Assembly: GCF_006345805.1 (NCBI RefSeq)
Contig: NC_043003.1
Span: 31,310,001-31,374,000, forward strand
DNA length: 64,000 bases
Direction: 5' to 3'
Origin: Octopus sinensis
Taxonomy: Eukaryota
Shown here: positions 12,956-27,475 of the stretch, one piece after another
Layout of the letters: the number at the start of each line of letters is the position of its first letter
Position numbering within the stretch: the stretch's first letter is position 1
Notes under the pieces: model-generated
What the model saw: the letters and a program-made list of their open reading frames with translations, nothing else
Told to the model about the DNA's origin: nothing
The model's database searches: none
Position numbers and translations under genes: made by a program

Positions 12956-14974
12956 TGATTGTAGAAAATTGCCATAGCAAAAAGAACCTGAGTATGGTAT
13001 GGTTCGACTACAAGAAAGCGTTTGATAGTGTCCCACATAAATGGCTATTGAAGGCCCTTGAGATACATAAGGTCTCTCCTGTCGTCTCCAAATATTTATA
13101 AGGTAACATGATCAAGGGAAATGCACGTCTGCTTCTACACCATAGTAATGGGATGAGCCAATCTAACAACGAAGAATCTTTCAAGGTGACTCCTTTTCCC
13201 CATTACTCTTTAGCATGGCACTGATCCCACTCTGAAACGAACTGAGTAACACCAGGTATGGTTTCAAATCACATGCTTTATATGGACGATCTGAAGCTGT
13301 TTGCAGAAATGACGAAGAACTAATAGGGCTGTTAACAACTGTTGAAGAGTTCAGCAATGACATCGGGATAGATTTTGACCTTGGTAAGTGTACTATAGCA
13401 ACTTTTGTAAGAGGCAAACTCAAACAAGCAGCTTCCATTAAATTAGATACCGACACTACCATCAATGAGCTTGACCCACAAGAAAGTTATAAATACCGGG
13501 GGATAAATGAGGGAAATGATATACAACTTGCTACTATGAAGGAAAATAAGAAAGGAGTATTACAGTATAGTAAGAATCATAGTGAAAACTGAACACAACT
13601 CCAAAAATCTCATCGAAGACATTAACAATCTGGCACTTCCAGTAGTAGCCCGATACAGTTTTAACATCATTAAACAGAATCTTACAGAGGTCCAACGCCT
13701 GGACAGAAAGACCAGGAAACTACTAACATCTAAGAACGTGCACCACCCAAAAGCAGACGTTGATCGTCTGTAACTACCTAGAAATAATGTAGTTAGAGGA
13801 ATGATGTAGGTAGAACTGAGCTATAAGATCTCGACAATAACAATGAACAAGTACTTATCTAGTACAGAGGACTGGATGCTGCGGTTTGTGTGCAAACATG
13901 AAAGCAGTAAAAGAAACACATTCTATTGTCAAGGAAGCTTGCAAATTCCCAAAGAACTCCTCATTAACCCTGAATTAGATGAAGAACCTGAATCCACTGC
14001 TACTAAACAAACAAAACGGATCAAACAGACTACAGAAAAGAACGGGCAGAAACAAACTGAAGAGCGGTGAAGCCAGAAGCTTCTGCATGGACAGTATATA
14101 CTTCGAAGCTGAAATGCTGATGTAGACCAAGCAACAACCTATCAGTGGCTGAGAAGCTCAGGTCTGAAAGCAGAGACTGAACGATTCATATTAGTGGCAC
14201 AAGAGCGAAGCTTGCTTACCAAAACTACAGTTCTGACCCTAAATGCAGATTCTGCGATAAATTTGATAAAAAATGTAGGCCAGCTCGTCTCTGCACGTCT
14301 TGTGGTGACACCAAACGAAAACAAAAATCTCCACGATAGGGTAGGACACTATTTACATTGGGATATATGTAAATGTTACAGAATCAGCACTTCTGTTCAC
14401 TGGTATGAACATCATCCTGAGCCAATCGTTGAAGGTAAAAATGTTACTATCCTCTGGGATTTTATAGCCGACACCGACTGAAGGATCTAAGTTAATCTAT
14501 CAGACATAGTCATTAAAGACAGGGAAGAAAATACTTGACTTGTAGACTAATAGATGTAAGTCTTCCCACCGACAAAAATATATTTGTAACAGTATTTGAG
14601 AAATTAAGCAAATATAAGGACATGCAAATTGAAATGCAAAAGATGTGGCATCTTAAAGTGAGAACTGTTCCTGTTATTGTGATTGTCCTAGGTATGATAA
14701 GAAAGAGATGTCAGAAACATCTAGATAATATCCCAGGAGAACCATGTCTTAGAGAAATACAAAATATTGTACTGACAAATACTGCCCAAATTCTTAGAGA
14801 AAACCTATCACTTTAAATGGCTGTGTTGTATTACATGAAGATATTTTACTATTGCCCCTGCCACTTGGTCCCTCCAACTTTCAGTCATACTGTAACATCT
14901 CTTATCCATCACTCACCCTAGGACGCTGGGTGTGTCTCGGCAAATGATTGTAACAAACATGCAGATTAAAAGTA
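12955..14974 (+). mobile_element. 5'-truncated Dong/R4 (Rex6-like) non-LTR retrotransposon: RT plus restriction-like endonuclease, pseudogenised
   Basis: RT motifs WFDYKKAFDSVPHKW (~13000) and LYMDDLKLF (~13280); RKTRKLLT..HHPKADVDRL; HDRVGHYLHW; LIDVSLPTD..EKLSKYKD..MW..VPVIV. The 3' end is followed by an (AAT)/(GAC)/(GAT) tract at 14975-15045. Confidence 0.9.
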
Positions 14975-16372
14975 AATAATAATGACGACAATGATGACGA
15001 AGATGACGACGACGACGACGACGATGATGATGATAATAATAATAGCAAATGAAATGTTCTTTGCTATCTCATAGATTCTCTTTATGTCTAAAGCTCAAAG
15101 GACAAAATCGACTTTACTTTTCGTCCTTCTAAGATCTGGAAAATAATTAATTGTCAAGTTAATTGATTATCGATTTCTGACAATAGCCTTGTCCTCATGC
15201 GAAAATTTATTTGGTTGCTTTATTTCTGATCAAGCAGAGTTGTGAGTAAAAGTTTTTCGGCCACGGTCACCCTTTCCTGCTGGCAGAGGACTACACTATC
15301 TAATGTATCCTTTATTTTGTAAGACAGACGTAATTTAAGGGAGATTGAGGAAGATCTTGTTGCTAGTTCAGCCAGATCATGTAAACACATAGAGGCTCTC
15401 CTTCGTTGGTTTAATTTCGTGTTGATAATAATGTTGATATTAGCCTCTTATCATTTTCAATGAAAATTAAATGTTTTAGATAGTAAAGGAATGAAAGCAC
15501 CCATGACCCAACAATTAGGAGACTTAGGGAGGTAGGAGAGAAGTTATCTTAAAACCGGAGACTGCATTCTAATGATTTCTTTTGAGGAGAAGCCACCAAA
15601 AGGCACTCAAGAGCGAAGCAGTGGTATTGAACCTGGCGACGTATTAAGCCTATCATACAAGAACGTACAAAATATTCCATTATATTGAATCCATCTACTC
15701 CTGTGCATGTTTGTTCTTTGCAATACTTTGATGTTGCTTTTGATATTCTTTTTCCAACATGTTTAGTTTTCTAAATATATATCTCAATTTCCCATCAACT
15801 TAAATGTTAGTTGTATAGCTATTTGTCTGCGTAATACCATCAGCTTTCATGTATTTTTAGTACTCCATTGAATTTTCTGGTGAATTTAACATTTTCCTCT
15901 TACACCGTGCACCACGTTATTTCACCGAATTATTATTTTCCCTAGGAGCTTCTTCATTATTAATATTTCTATATCGATATATTTAATATTCTATTTCAGT
16001 TGGCTCCCTAGGAATATTTTCCACATCTCTTTGTTTAGAGGCATTGTCATATTATCTTTATTATTTTTTAACCCTACATAATAGTTTAGAAGTTCAACGA
16101 GATAATTTCAATACCTTACTATTTTCCTTTATATTACTTCGATCTCGATGCATGTTAATGATTTGCATTGTATAATTGGTTTTTGAGCTTGGTTAGATAT
16201 TCTTTGTTCTCACAAATTCTTTGTCTCCAACCTTTAAAAATATTGTGAATTCACTCGGCAGATATACTCCAAAATGCTTTATATTTTGTTTTTCTAGATA
16301 TTTCTAGAACCCTTTTTATCTAAATGTTCGTACTCATTCGCTAAAATTAGTTCTGAATGTTGACTATTTATA

Positions 16373-16407
<35 letters not shown>

Positions 16408-16442
16408 AACTTTACATACATATGCATTCAAATACATATATA

Positions 16443-16474
<32 letters not shown>

Positions 16475-16593
16475 GGCATACGCATTTATATTCGTCGTTA
16501 ATATTTATATGAATATATATTGTATGTGTAGATATAACTGTATGTGTTATATACGCATACATACATACATACATACATACATACATACATACA

Positions 16594-16621
<28 letters not shown>

Positions 16622-16626
<5 letters not shown>

Positions 16627-16930
16627 CCGTTATGTCTGTGTGTGTGTGTCTTCTAGAATCTCGGGCATCCTCCATCCGATTGCGCTCAAATTTGATATAT
16701 AGATACCGACGGTATCAGGGTGTGTATAAGTCTTGAAAAAATTACATAAATCGATTCCAGGTGAGAATGCGATCGATAAAGCTGTGGAAACGTGCATTTG
16801 TACGCGCAAGTACATCAGCTGTTGCGATCGATACTATGCGTACGCGAGAAAAATGCACGTGCAGTTTGCACCCAAAAAGCCGCCTGGCTTGAATTAATGC
16901 CCCAGAATGCAGTATATTTAAGAGACCAAA
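16622..16930 (+). mobile_element. Possible Helitron/HINE-like 5' fragment
   Basis: Starts ..tatccgttatgtctgtgtgtg..ctagaatctcgggc..ccgattgcgctcaaatttg after a (CATA)n tract. No 3' hairpin-CTAG found. Confidence 0.3.
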
Positions 16931-17224
16931 AATGTAAGATGCAAATGAGATATTTTCTTCAAACTTTGCATGAAGGAAAGAAAGACTATTTGGTTTCTCA
17001 AGAAGTTTTTTTTTGTCTTAACTTTCTATCTTTATTTCTTCTTTTGCTGGTGTCTCAAATTTAGGTTAAATCAGTGTTTCTCAAAGGGGAGGCCTATGAG
17101 ACAGTCGGTCAAGTGGTTTTGAGAAAATTGGGTTTAAATGTTTGACTACATAGCACCGTCCATTGGACGGGGATGGGGCGTTTTTGGTATATATATATAT
17201 TAGTTATGATGTGTATATGTACAG

Positions 17225-17565
17225 ATGAGATTCGGCTCTGACATTCTTCTGGAAAAAGTCAAAATTATTTGTCGGGGAATTTTAGTGGCCCCCTAAATCT
17301 ATCGATAGTGATACCTTGGATTCCTGTGTGGAGTGCGGTTGAGAAATAAACCAATCGTTCTGCCTACAACACCAAGACCGAGCCGCTAGATAAAAAGAAG
17401 GAGGTGTTTGAAGGTCTTCCCAGGAACACAACGAGGAACGCATGTACCGAGTTCCTGAGCCATCTTGAGGTCGTGGTGGAAGCTAAGGGTGGATACTTTG
17501 AGCAATCTGATATCTCTCAGCCATGACCTAGTAGATATTGTATTGAGTTTTAAAGAAACTTTTAC
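17225..17565 (+). mobile_element. Tc1/mariner-superfamily transposase 3' remnant
   Basis: Decayed DSA..SGKSQNYLSGN..WPPKSIDSDTLDSCVWSAVEK*TNRSAYNTK...RNACTEFLSHLEVVVEAKGGYFE. Confidence 0.8.
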
Positions 17566-17574
17566 ATTACCAGC

Positions 17575-17795
17575 CTCCTCTCTTTACGCCACCGATGTTA
17601 TCCAGGGGAAAGGCATAGGCCGATACGGCTTGGCAGCAGTGACGTCGCAACGCATTTCTATAGCTGAACGAACCGGAGCTCGTGAAATTAAAGTATCTTG
17701 CTCAAGAACACAACATTCAGCCCGGTCCGGGAATCGAACTCACTACCTCGTGATTGTGAGCCCGACGTTGTAACCACAGAGCCATATGCCTTCAA
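17575..17795 (-). mobile_element. tRNA-derived SINE (family C)
   Basis: Reverse complement has A-box tggctctgtggtta, B-box gagttcgattccc and gtgttcttgagcaagatact. Confidence 0.75.
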
Positions 17796-17881
17796 CACAT
17801 ATGTGTGTATACGTATGTATGTATGTATGTATGTATGTATGTATGTATGTATGTATGTATGTATGTATGTATGTATGTATG

Positions 17882-17960
<79 letters not shown>

Positions 17961-17966
17961 ATATCA

Positions 17967-18378
17967 GGCGGCGAGCAGGCAGAAACGTTAGCGCGCCGGG
18001 CGAAATGCTTAGTGGTATTTTGTCTGCCATTACGTTCTGAGTTCAAATTCCGCCGAGGTCGACTTTGCTTTTCATCCTTTCGGGGTCGATAAATTAAGTA
18101 CCAGTTACGCACTGGGGTCGATGTAATCGACTTAATACGTATGTCTGTCCTTGTTTGTCCCCTCTATGTTTAGCCCCTTATGGGTAATAAAGAAATAGGT
18201 ATTTCGTCTGTCGTTACGTTCTGAGTTCAAATTCCACCGAGGTCGACTTTGCCTTTCATCGTTTCGGGGTCGATAAATAAAGTACCAGTTTCGCACTGGG
18301 GTCGATGTAATCGACTTAATCCGTTTGTCTGTCCTTGTTTGTCCACTCTATGTTTAGCCCCTAGTGGGCAGTAAAGAA

Positions 18379-18381
<3 letters not shown>
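17967..18381 (+). mobile_element. SINE family A dimer inserted in (AT)n
   Basis: ggcggcgagcaggcagaaacgttagc head, then two tandem ~185-bp body units joined at aaagaaata|ggtatttcg. Confidence 0.9.
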
Positions 18382-18411
<30 letters not shown>

Positions 18412-19249
18412 CTAATATGTATGTGTCTATGTATGTAAATCTGTATATGTTTAAGTGTGCATATGCATGTAAATGTATTTGTGTATTCATGTATGTTTAT
18501 ATACATTTCTGTACGTCTTTATATACACAGACATATTTTTGAATGTGTCTGTATTTATTGTCACTTTATTTAATACGAACATATTTTCTCTGTTTAAATT
18601 TCATTCAGACATGTTATGTTTGTTTGTCTTTATAGCACAATATTGCCTTACACTTGGAACTGTTTATATATCTTTGTCAATTAAGGATTCCCGTCATTAT
18701 TACACGGTTTTCATTTATTTTTCATCTTACTTTTCAAATATGATTGCTTTATTTTTTTCTCTATGTTTCTAATTGACCGCCTCTGTCTAGATCCCTTATT
18801 CTCTCTCTCGCTTATACCTATCACCAGCCCTACTCTCTTTTTCTTTTTCTCTTTGCCACCTATCATCTTCCCCATGTTCTCTCTCTCCCCTCTTTCCCAT
18901 TTACTCTCTGTATCTCTCTACTTTGTTTTTGTAACCTTTATTTCAACTATATCTTTTACACTTCATTGTCAACTGATCCGCATTTATTCTTCTCTAGCTA
19001 CTCTGTCATTTACTCTCCCTCCCTCCTTCTTCTGTTTCTATGATTATCTCTCTCACCGTGTGCGTATGTGTAGCGTTCTTTTTACTCATTGCCTGCCACC
19101 AAACAAAGTGTGTACATTAATCCTGTATATCTTATGTTCATTCACTGCATCGCTCTTATGTTTCTCTCTTCCACTTTCTCTGTGAGGCATGACTGCAGAA
19201 ATCAATCAGCTAACCAATCAATATATTGTAATCAGTTAATACTGTATAT

Positions 19250-19441
19250 CTTTTACTTATTTCAGTCATGTTTGACTGCGGCCATGCTTGGACGCCGCCG
19301 TCGAGGGTTTCAGTCGAACAGGTCGACCCCAGGACTTTCTTTTTTAAGGCGCGGTACTTATTCTATGGTTCTCTATTGCAGAACCGCTAATGTACGAGGA
19401 CGTAGTCATACCAAAGCCAGTTGTTGAGTCGTAGTGGGGTA

Positions 19442-19504
<63 letters not shown>

Positions 19505-19655
19505 CGGGATTCAATTTATGTCTATCAAATCCTCTTATAAGGCATTCATCAGTCAGAGGCTATAGAAGAAGACAATTGCCCATGGGAACACGCAGTGGAA
19601 GTGAATCCGGGATCATACGGTTGAGAAGCAACCATCTTACTACGCTGCCACGCCT
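19250..19655 (-). mobile_element. SINE family B (tRNA head, CORE-like block, internal (TG)n, 3' body)
   Basis: Same architecture as the copies at 24545, 39555, 56115 and 61515; internal (CA)n at ~19445-19502. Confidence 0.85.
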
Positions 19656-21159
19656 GTACATATGAAAATATTAAAAAAAAAAAATGCTGCTAATATATCT
19701 ACTGAGTTAAAGCTCAGTAGATGTAATTCTTCTTATATTTAAAAAAAAATATTTAGTACAGCACTTTAAAATTTTCAAAACAGAACTTTCACCTACAGTC
19801 TGATGCTTTAATGGTTGTAGCTTTATATTCCATTAATTAATTTTGTGATTAGAAATTCGGAAATAGAAGCAAGTGGTTTTGGTGTTTTATTTTAAAATTA
19901 ATAATTAATTAAATACTTCTGTTTATACATTCATTCGGAATATCGTTGTTATTTGTCTCGGGATTATTTAAAAAAAATTACAATCAGAAATATTTATTTT
20001 TGTTTATATCTAATATTAATTTTTAAAATATTAACTTTTGCTTTAGTAGAACAAATTCATTTTTATAATTAATAATCGATTTAAAAATTTCCTGTTTGCT
20101 TTAGCTTTCATTTGAATGCAAATCTTTCATCCTGAATTTTCACTTATACATACAATGCGCTTTTCTTTTACTCAAACTTTCATGACATACATCATCTAGT
20201 TTCTCTTATTCGTTCATTTGTAATGGCTATTTTCTTGTGTTTTTTTTTCAAACTACTGTTGTTGTTTGCCTCTGCATTCTCTTCAATATACATATTTGTA
20301 GCTAAATTTTGACATTTTACGAAGAAATTCATATCAATCGACGCACTGACAGCCTTCGCCCCTCACAACTCTCATCCCGCATTCACTGTGACCACGGGCA
20401 TTGAAGATATTGGTGATTGGTATGGGAAAAGGAAGTAGAGGTAGGCAAAGGGTATATGAAGGAAAAAAACCTTGAAAACGTCAGTAAAGAAATCGAACTT
20501 CTCAAATACATAACGTTGGATAGAATGCCTCGCGTATTTGTTGCAACTCACTAGAACACGTTTGAGCGTGTTTATATGAGCATATATACTTATACAAATA
20601 TATACTTATGTAAATGTTTCTATAAATACATATGCGAAATGCAATTAACTAGGATTCTTTTTAAACATAAACGCTAACCATAGTGTTTTCTGCACATCTA
20701 CGAAGCAAACAGAGTCGCTGCGTCGCATAATGGAAATGTCTGTAATGTTAATTGCTAAGTTGCTGCTGATTATACTAAAGTATTTTAAATGGCGAATGAT
20801 CAATGTTTTTTCTACTACATCGTGAATCATGTATATAGTTGAGTTAGCTAAGTCGTTCAACACTACAACTCTAAATGGAGAAATGGTAACGGTTAATTTT
20901 AAATACAACACTAGAAAAAGCGTTAACGTGATATAGATAAAATAATCATAAACTTAACAACAGAATCTGTTGGTTTCCTAGGTTTTCAAGAAATCACTTC
21001 GTCTATATTTCTAAAGCTTCCTTACATGTGCATATTGAGGCAGACATAAGAAATTCTATAACATTAGAGAAGCAGAAACATTTCTTAGATATCAGATCTG
21101 TCTCTTGTACTTGAAATATTATAAAAGCCACAAAGTATTTGAGAGAAATTGATTGACCT

Positions 21160-21356
21160 TTCAGAGGACGACGACGACTTTCTCGTTGACACTGACCAAG
21201 CTTTTCATCCAAGTAAACGTCAACTAAAACATCTGCTGAATCATAACGACTAGTAGCTACAACAACAGCATAGCTAATTAACCACTGATGTGGTACATCC
21301 CAGATTATCAAGGTATTTGACCTTGCTAAGTTTATCACGGGTTTACTATACCACAA
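21160..21356 (-). CDS. Weak candidate coding exon
   Basis: Non-repetitive and GC-richer. Open frame ...NTLIIWDVPHQWLISYAVVVATSRYDSADVLVDVYLDEKLGQCQRESRRRPLK. Only a weak donor (AAG|GTCAAT) and no convincing acceptor. Confidence 0.2.
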
Positions 21357-22887
21357 TCAATGTGATCTTAGAAGACTTGAAGATGGGTCGACGAACCTTG
21401 TACGAGTGAGTAATTAATTTGTGGAATCGAACCTATATGACTAACTAACATCCCGTAGTCATTAGTTTCAGAGAACCGCTTTGGGTTATTCTTACAGAAA
21501 TGCTTAATTAAGAGAATATCTACTCTAGATTAGTGATGCTAGTGATACTAATGTTTATAACCAATTGAAAAGTATTCCGTTATATCAAAAATATACAGAA
21601 GGATCTCAAGAAGTAAATACATATTTGCACAGATTAACGTTATATGCAATTGATTGCTAGAAAAGTTCAAAAAATTCGTTAACGCTCTCCATGTGTGCAT
21701 TTTAACACACTGCCAAAAACTTCAGTGGAAAGTAAAACGAGGAATGATGCGTCGCTTTAAGCGTTCCTTGTGAAAATAAATTTAATGTACAGTAGACTAA
21801 CATGACAGAATATTTAAACAGGATAATTTATAATCCATCCCATAGAGAACATTTGTTCTTAGTAAACTAGATTATTACTGCCTGATATGGTGTCCTGTTG
21901 TCCAGGTGACTACTTTACTAAAACAACCCAATGATTACATCCAAAGAAGTTTGCTTCTATGCAGTAGTTGAATTACTGGGAGATATTGAACGATTTAAGA
22001 GACTATCTTCAGATCTAATAAAATCATATGTAGTAATGTAGTTATTCCCGGAGGATTTTGGAAAATTAGCACCAAACAATAAAATTTGAGAAAATCGTTA
22101 ATTTAGGACCATTAATATTCTAGCAGTTAAACTTTCTCTTTTTCTCTATGAGAGCGAAAATAATAATCTGGCATCGAAAGGATATAATGCTGAAATAATA
22201 AAAAAGCAGTATCATGTAATTCATTGCATCTATTTTAAGATGTAGTGCTTCTTGCTCTGTAGCCATTCCAACTTCATCGTAAACGAACCAATCGTTTTTT
22301 AAGACACAAACACACAAACACGCACACACACACACACGCACAGTGATACACACATACACACACGCTTGCACACATGCACACATGCACACACACAGACATA
22401 CATGCACACACATAAGATGAGCATGTAGGGATAAATTATCCATGCAGGTACTGTAAGAGCTCTCAGGTAAGAGGCACCAATGTAATTCTTCTGACGGTTA
22501 AATCCACTTTCGCTTCGCTGAATTATGAATATTTTCGGGAATGTAAATTAAAAAAATAGCATCAATTTTTTCCCAGTGTAACAGTATATTATACAGCATA
22601 ATTAGTTAGTTAATGAACTAATTATGCTGTCTAATTAACTAAGTATAATTAAATAAGTGTATACACCGTTGGAATGAATTTTACGGTGGCTCATGTCGCA
22701 GGCAAAATCGCTTCGTAGACATGCTGTGTTAAAAACAATATATATAGGGGCAAGGAGAATACCGTTGCAGAAGTGATAGACTCACAAGAACGACGGCCAA
22801 ATACGTTTTGTTCACACACACAAACACACACACACGCACGCACGCACGCACACACACACACACACACACACATACACACACACACAC

Positions 22888-22930
<43 letters not shown>

Positions 22931-23648
22931 CACACACACACACACACACACACACGTACATATATGTGTGTTCATGGGTATCTGTGTGCTTATATATCTT
23001 CGTGACTACACGTACATGCCCGTATAGCTATTAGTGTCTTTGCGTGTATGGACAGATGAACAGATAGCCTGGCGTGTACCGTGTACAGAAATACGCATAA
23101 ATGGATTTGGAGATAGATACAGGCTGTTAGTCCACCAACAATATATACAACAAATGAAAACGGAGGAGCACCAATGCAACGCATCTGAAAGCTGTTATCT
23201 GTTTAGCTGAAAGCACAAATAAAGTATGGAAACAATAAAACTATTTACAAAAACTACACATTTTTGTAGTAATTCATCGCCACGAAGAATCACTATCACA
23301 ATTATACACACGCAGACAAACACATAGACACACGCACACACACGCACAGAAATACACACACGTACACATGCACATATACACATGCACATATCACTCATAC
23401 GTTAGAAATAAATGCCTCAGATCCATGAAAGAAAAATACAAAACAAGAAACATTCCAACAAGAATATTCAAGGTAAGTCATTTGAATGGTTACCGACGCG
23501 TATCGAAAGACTTTGCAAATCAATTAATTAAGCAAGAACAAAGAGGACTCTTCTATGGTTCTTTATTGGGAAAATAACGCTCATAAATATTTGTTTCAGC
23601 AGACGGTTTTACATCAAGATTCTGGTGAAACAATTTCTTTCTCTTTTT

Positions 23649-24506
23649 CCTGGAGAACCCAAAAGTAACCGGAAACGTTCTCTGTGGGACAAGCCGTTTG
23701 TAGTTCAGGATTCCGTCGCTAGAAGCCACTTGATGCGACCATCAGGTATCAGTCTGCCGACCGGAGTCGTCGGCTGCAGTCGTACTGTTACGTGGTGTGC
23801 CTTTGTTTTGCAGTGCTTCTCTCCTGTTCGTCGATTTTTGCGATGGCTGAAACGAAGGGACAGCGTGCTTCCGTGAAATTTTGTTTATTGCTGGAAAAAC
23901 GGTCGCCGAAACAGTTGTCATGCTTCCAACAACTTTAAAAAACGCTGCCATGAGCAAAACAGGATTACGATTGTTTTCCGCGCTTTAAGAATTGTGATTT
24001 GCCACTTGAAGATCAACTTCATTCAGAACGACCGTCGAACTCTCGAACGAATGAAAACATGAAATTTCATGAACTGATCTTCGAGGAACGTCACCGAAGA
24101 ATTCACGAGCTTGTTGAAATGACTGTGTCCGGGAGCTCTGGCGAAACGAATTTTGAGCGAGGAATTACGAATGAAAAGTATTATGTCTTAATTCCTCAAA
24201 GACGATCAAAAGCAGTCACAACTGAATGCGTATCGTGAACAGAAAGAAAAGTTGGAAGCTGACCCGGACCTTTTTTCGAAGGTTATAACTGATGACTAAA
24301 GTTGGTGCTACGGAATTTGCAGATGTGGAAGAGGTGAATAAAAAAAACGCAAGAGTGCCAGCCCGGCTTCGAATAGTGGAAGACGTGCCTGGACCGATGC
24401 ATTTCTTCAAAAGGAGAATATTTTGAAGGCGATAAGTGTAAAACATAAAACTAAGTGAATAAAATGGTATTGCAAAATTCCTGCCTCTTTTGGGTACCCC
24501 TTCGTG
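23649..24506 (+). mobile_element. Internally deleted mariner element retaining both TIRs
   Basis: TIR-like gagaacccaaaagtaaccggaa and ttcctgcctcttttgggtaccccttcg. ORF remnant MAETKGQRASVKFCLL..LEDQLHSERPSNS..KVITDD jumps to FADVEEV..GEYFEGD. Confidence 0.85.
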
Positions 24507-24544
24507 TAGATACACACATACACACACGCGCGCGCGCATTTTAT

Positions 24545-24915
24545 CTTTTTATCTTTTACTTGTTTCAGTCATTATAAAGCGGCCATGCTGGGGCACCGCC
24601 TTGAAGAATTTTTAGTCGAACGTATCGACTCCAGTACTTATGATTTGAAGTCTGGTACTTATTCTATCGGCCTCTTTTACTGAACAACTAAGTTATGTAA
24701 ACGTAATCACAACAGCTCCGGTTGTCAAGCAGTGGGGGAGACAAACACAGATACAAAGATACACGCACACACACATATAGATATATACGACGAAATTCTT
24801 TCAGTTTCCGTCTACTAAATTTTCTCACAAGGCTTTAGTTGGTCTGAGGCTATAGTAGAAGACACTTGATCAAAGTGCTATACCTCGGGACTGAACCCCG
24901 AACTATGCATATGCG
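24545..24915 (-). mobile_element. SINE family B copy
   Basis: cttttacttgtttcagtcatt..gcggccatgctggggcaccgcc ... gaagacacttgatcaaagtg..gggactgaacccc. Confidence 0.85.
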
Positions 24916-25017
24916 GTTGTCTCACATGTACGGATGCATGCTTGCATGTATGTATGTATGTATGAATGTGTGTATGTATAAATATATCTATATACATATG
25001 TATATATGTATATATAT

Positions 25018-25063
<46 letters not shown>

Positions 25064-25069
25064 TGTATA

Positions 25070-25102
<33 letters not shown>

Positions 25103-25362
25103 GTATATATATATAGGGAGAGAGGGAGAGAGAGAGAGAAGTACTGTTTATCGCCACATGACTGTCCGACCTTACTTCTCATTCAACCCCAGGCAGAGCA
25201 TCCGCCATCTCTGGTTATCAGTGCTATTTGCACCCAGTGTATTTTGCAAGCAGGGGAGCGAACTCCTACCACCTTTTAGCAAACGAAGAGATCGCCAGAC
25301 CAAAATGGTTTCGAGCTATTTGCGCCCATTTTCAGTGGTGAACACCCAACTACTAGATATAT

Positions 25363-25429
<67 letters not shown>

Positions 25430-25994
25430 TATATATATATACAAAGATAAATAGATTGAGGGAGAAATGGATAGATAGCTATATACATGTATACATACAT
25501 ATATATGTTTGTGCGTTTATATATGTTTTACAGTGATTGGACTGTTCCCATGTTGGAGCACCACATTGAAAGGTCTAAGTCAAGCGAATTGAGTTCAGTA
25601 TTTATATTTATAAATATTCTATCGAGCTTTTTCCCCGAACTGCCAGGTTACGAGACTGTAAACAAAGGCACTGGTTTTCAAGTATTGGTGGTGGGACAAA
25701 CACAAACACAGAGACACACACGCTCACATACACACAAACACACGGACAAACACGTACGCGCAAGTAATCGGGCACACACACATATACATCTGTATGGCTG
25801 ACTACTTTCAGCTTCCGTCTGCCAAATGTTTCACAAATAGCCACGTAATTCTATTACTTACGGCCATAAAGCTACGCCTACGCCTATAGTAAAGAGTAAG
25901 TCCGTTAAAGTCCAATAGGGAATCGAACTAGATCGCAGGAATCAGAGTCCAGAGAACTCGGTATTCGACCATAGAAACAACTTACATATATATA

Positions 25995-26068
<74 letters not shown>

Positions 26069-26343
26069 TGTATATATATATATGTGTGTGTGTGTGTATA
26101 GTCATAGACGGTCTACACTAGAGTAATTAATACTTGAACCAACCAAATTGCTTATTCCAACGGAACCGAACCCCCTTACAGTATCATATTGATATTTCTT
26201 TTTAATATTTGTTTCTGTTATCGATTACTAGAAAGGTCAAAAGCAGCAGCTAGAAACAAAATAACTACGCCCTCACCATGAATCCCCCAAGAATACTCAC
26301 TTTGTGTCCAATTTTGATGAATTACGTTATATATATATATAAT

Positions 26344-26376
<33 letters not shown>

Positions 26377-26689
26377 GGATTGATGAGTGTATGGATGGTT
26401 GGATGGATGGATGGATGGATGGATGGATGAATGTACGGACGTATGTGTGTGCGTGTGCTTGTCAGCTTAGCTTATATCGTTGTTCGTCGCATCTCAATCG
26501 AAAAACATCTTGAAATGTCAGATTCAAATAAAGAATCAGCTAGTACTATTTTTCATTTTGTTTGTTGGATTTTTTTTTTTATTCTATGTCTGAAAATGTT
26601 CATATTTGTTTTTCTTTTTCCATCTTCAGATCAAAACATCGATTTATCCATTTCTTTACTTAATATATCTTGTTTTTGTTGATGGTATT

Positions 26690-26845
26690 GTTGTTGCTTG
26701 TTGTTGTTGTTGTTGTTGTTGTTGATCTTCTTCTTCTTCTTCTTCTTCTTCTTCTTCTTCTTCTTCTTCTTCTTCTTCTTCTTCTTCTTCTTCTTCTTCT
26801 TCTTCTTCTTCTTCTTCTTCTTCTTCTTCTTCTTCTTCTTCTTCC
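26690..26845. repeat. (TTG)n-(CTT)n compound microsatellite
   Basis: Directly visible; explains the poly-E/poly-F ORFs. Confidence 0.95.
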
Positions 26846-27242
26846 ATAGAACTTGTTATTCTTATTGTCGTTATATCACATGATTATTCATTTATAATAT
26901 GTGTGAGTATATATATGTGTGTGTGTGTGTATATATAAATACATATACACATATATATATGCATATGTATATACATGTATATGTATATATAAGGATATGT
27001 ATATATATGTATGTATATATATATGTGTGTATAAATATGTGTATATATATATATGTATATGTATATATATGTGTATATATGTATATATATATTTATATGT
27101 ATATATATATTTATATGTATATATGCATGTATACATATATGTATATATACATATTAATATTTATGTAGATATATAGCTAAATGTTTTATGTCTATATATT
27201 TTATATGTATCTGCCTTTATAAACATACGTACGTATATACCT

Positions 27243-27286
<44 letters not shown>

Positions 27287-27441
27287 ACATATATAGATTT
27301 ATATATATATATATATATATATTATATCTATATATATTTATTTATGCTTGCTGTTGAGCGTCTTCTTAGAATACGCACACAAACACACACACAGACACAC
27401 ACACACACACATATATGTATGTATAATATAAATATATTAAC

Positions 27442-27475
<34 letters not shown>

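Noticed and set aside
15700-16330. Possible ancient retroelement coding remnant on the minus strand
   Set aside because: No diagnostic motif could be recovered by eye.
17072-17350. Apparent hAT MITE TIRs (cagtgtttctcaa ... ttgagaaa)
   Set aside because: The right-hand match lies inside the coding frame (VEK) of the Tc1-like remnant.
21165-21410. Plus-strand exon-like segment EDDDDFLVDTDQAFHPSKRQLKHLLNHND* with a KR site, neuropeptide-like
   Set aside because: All plus frames stop before the GTGAGT donor; no known precursor recognised.
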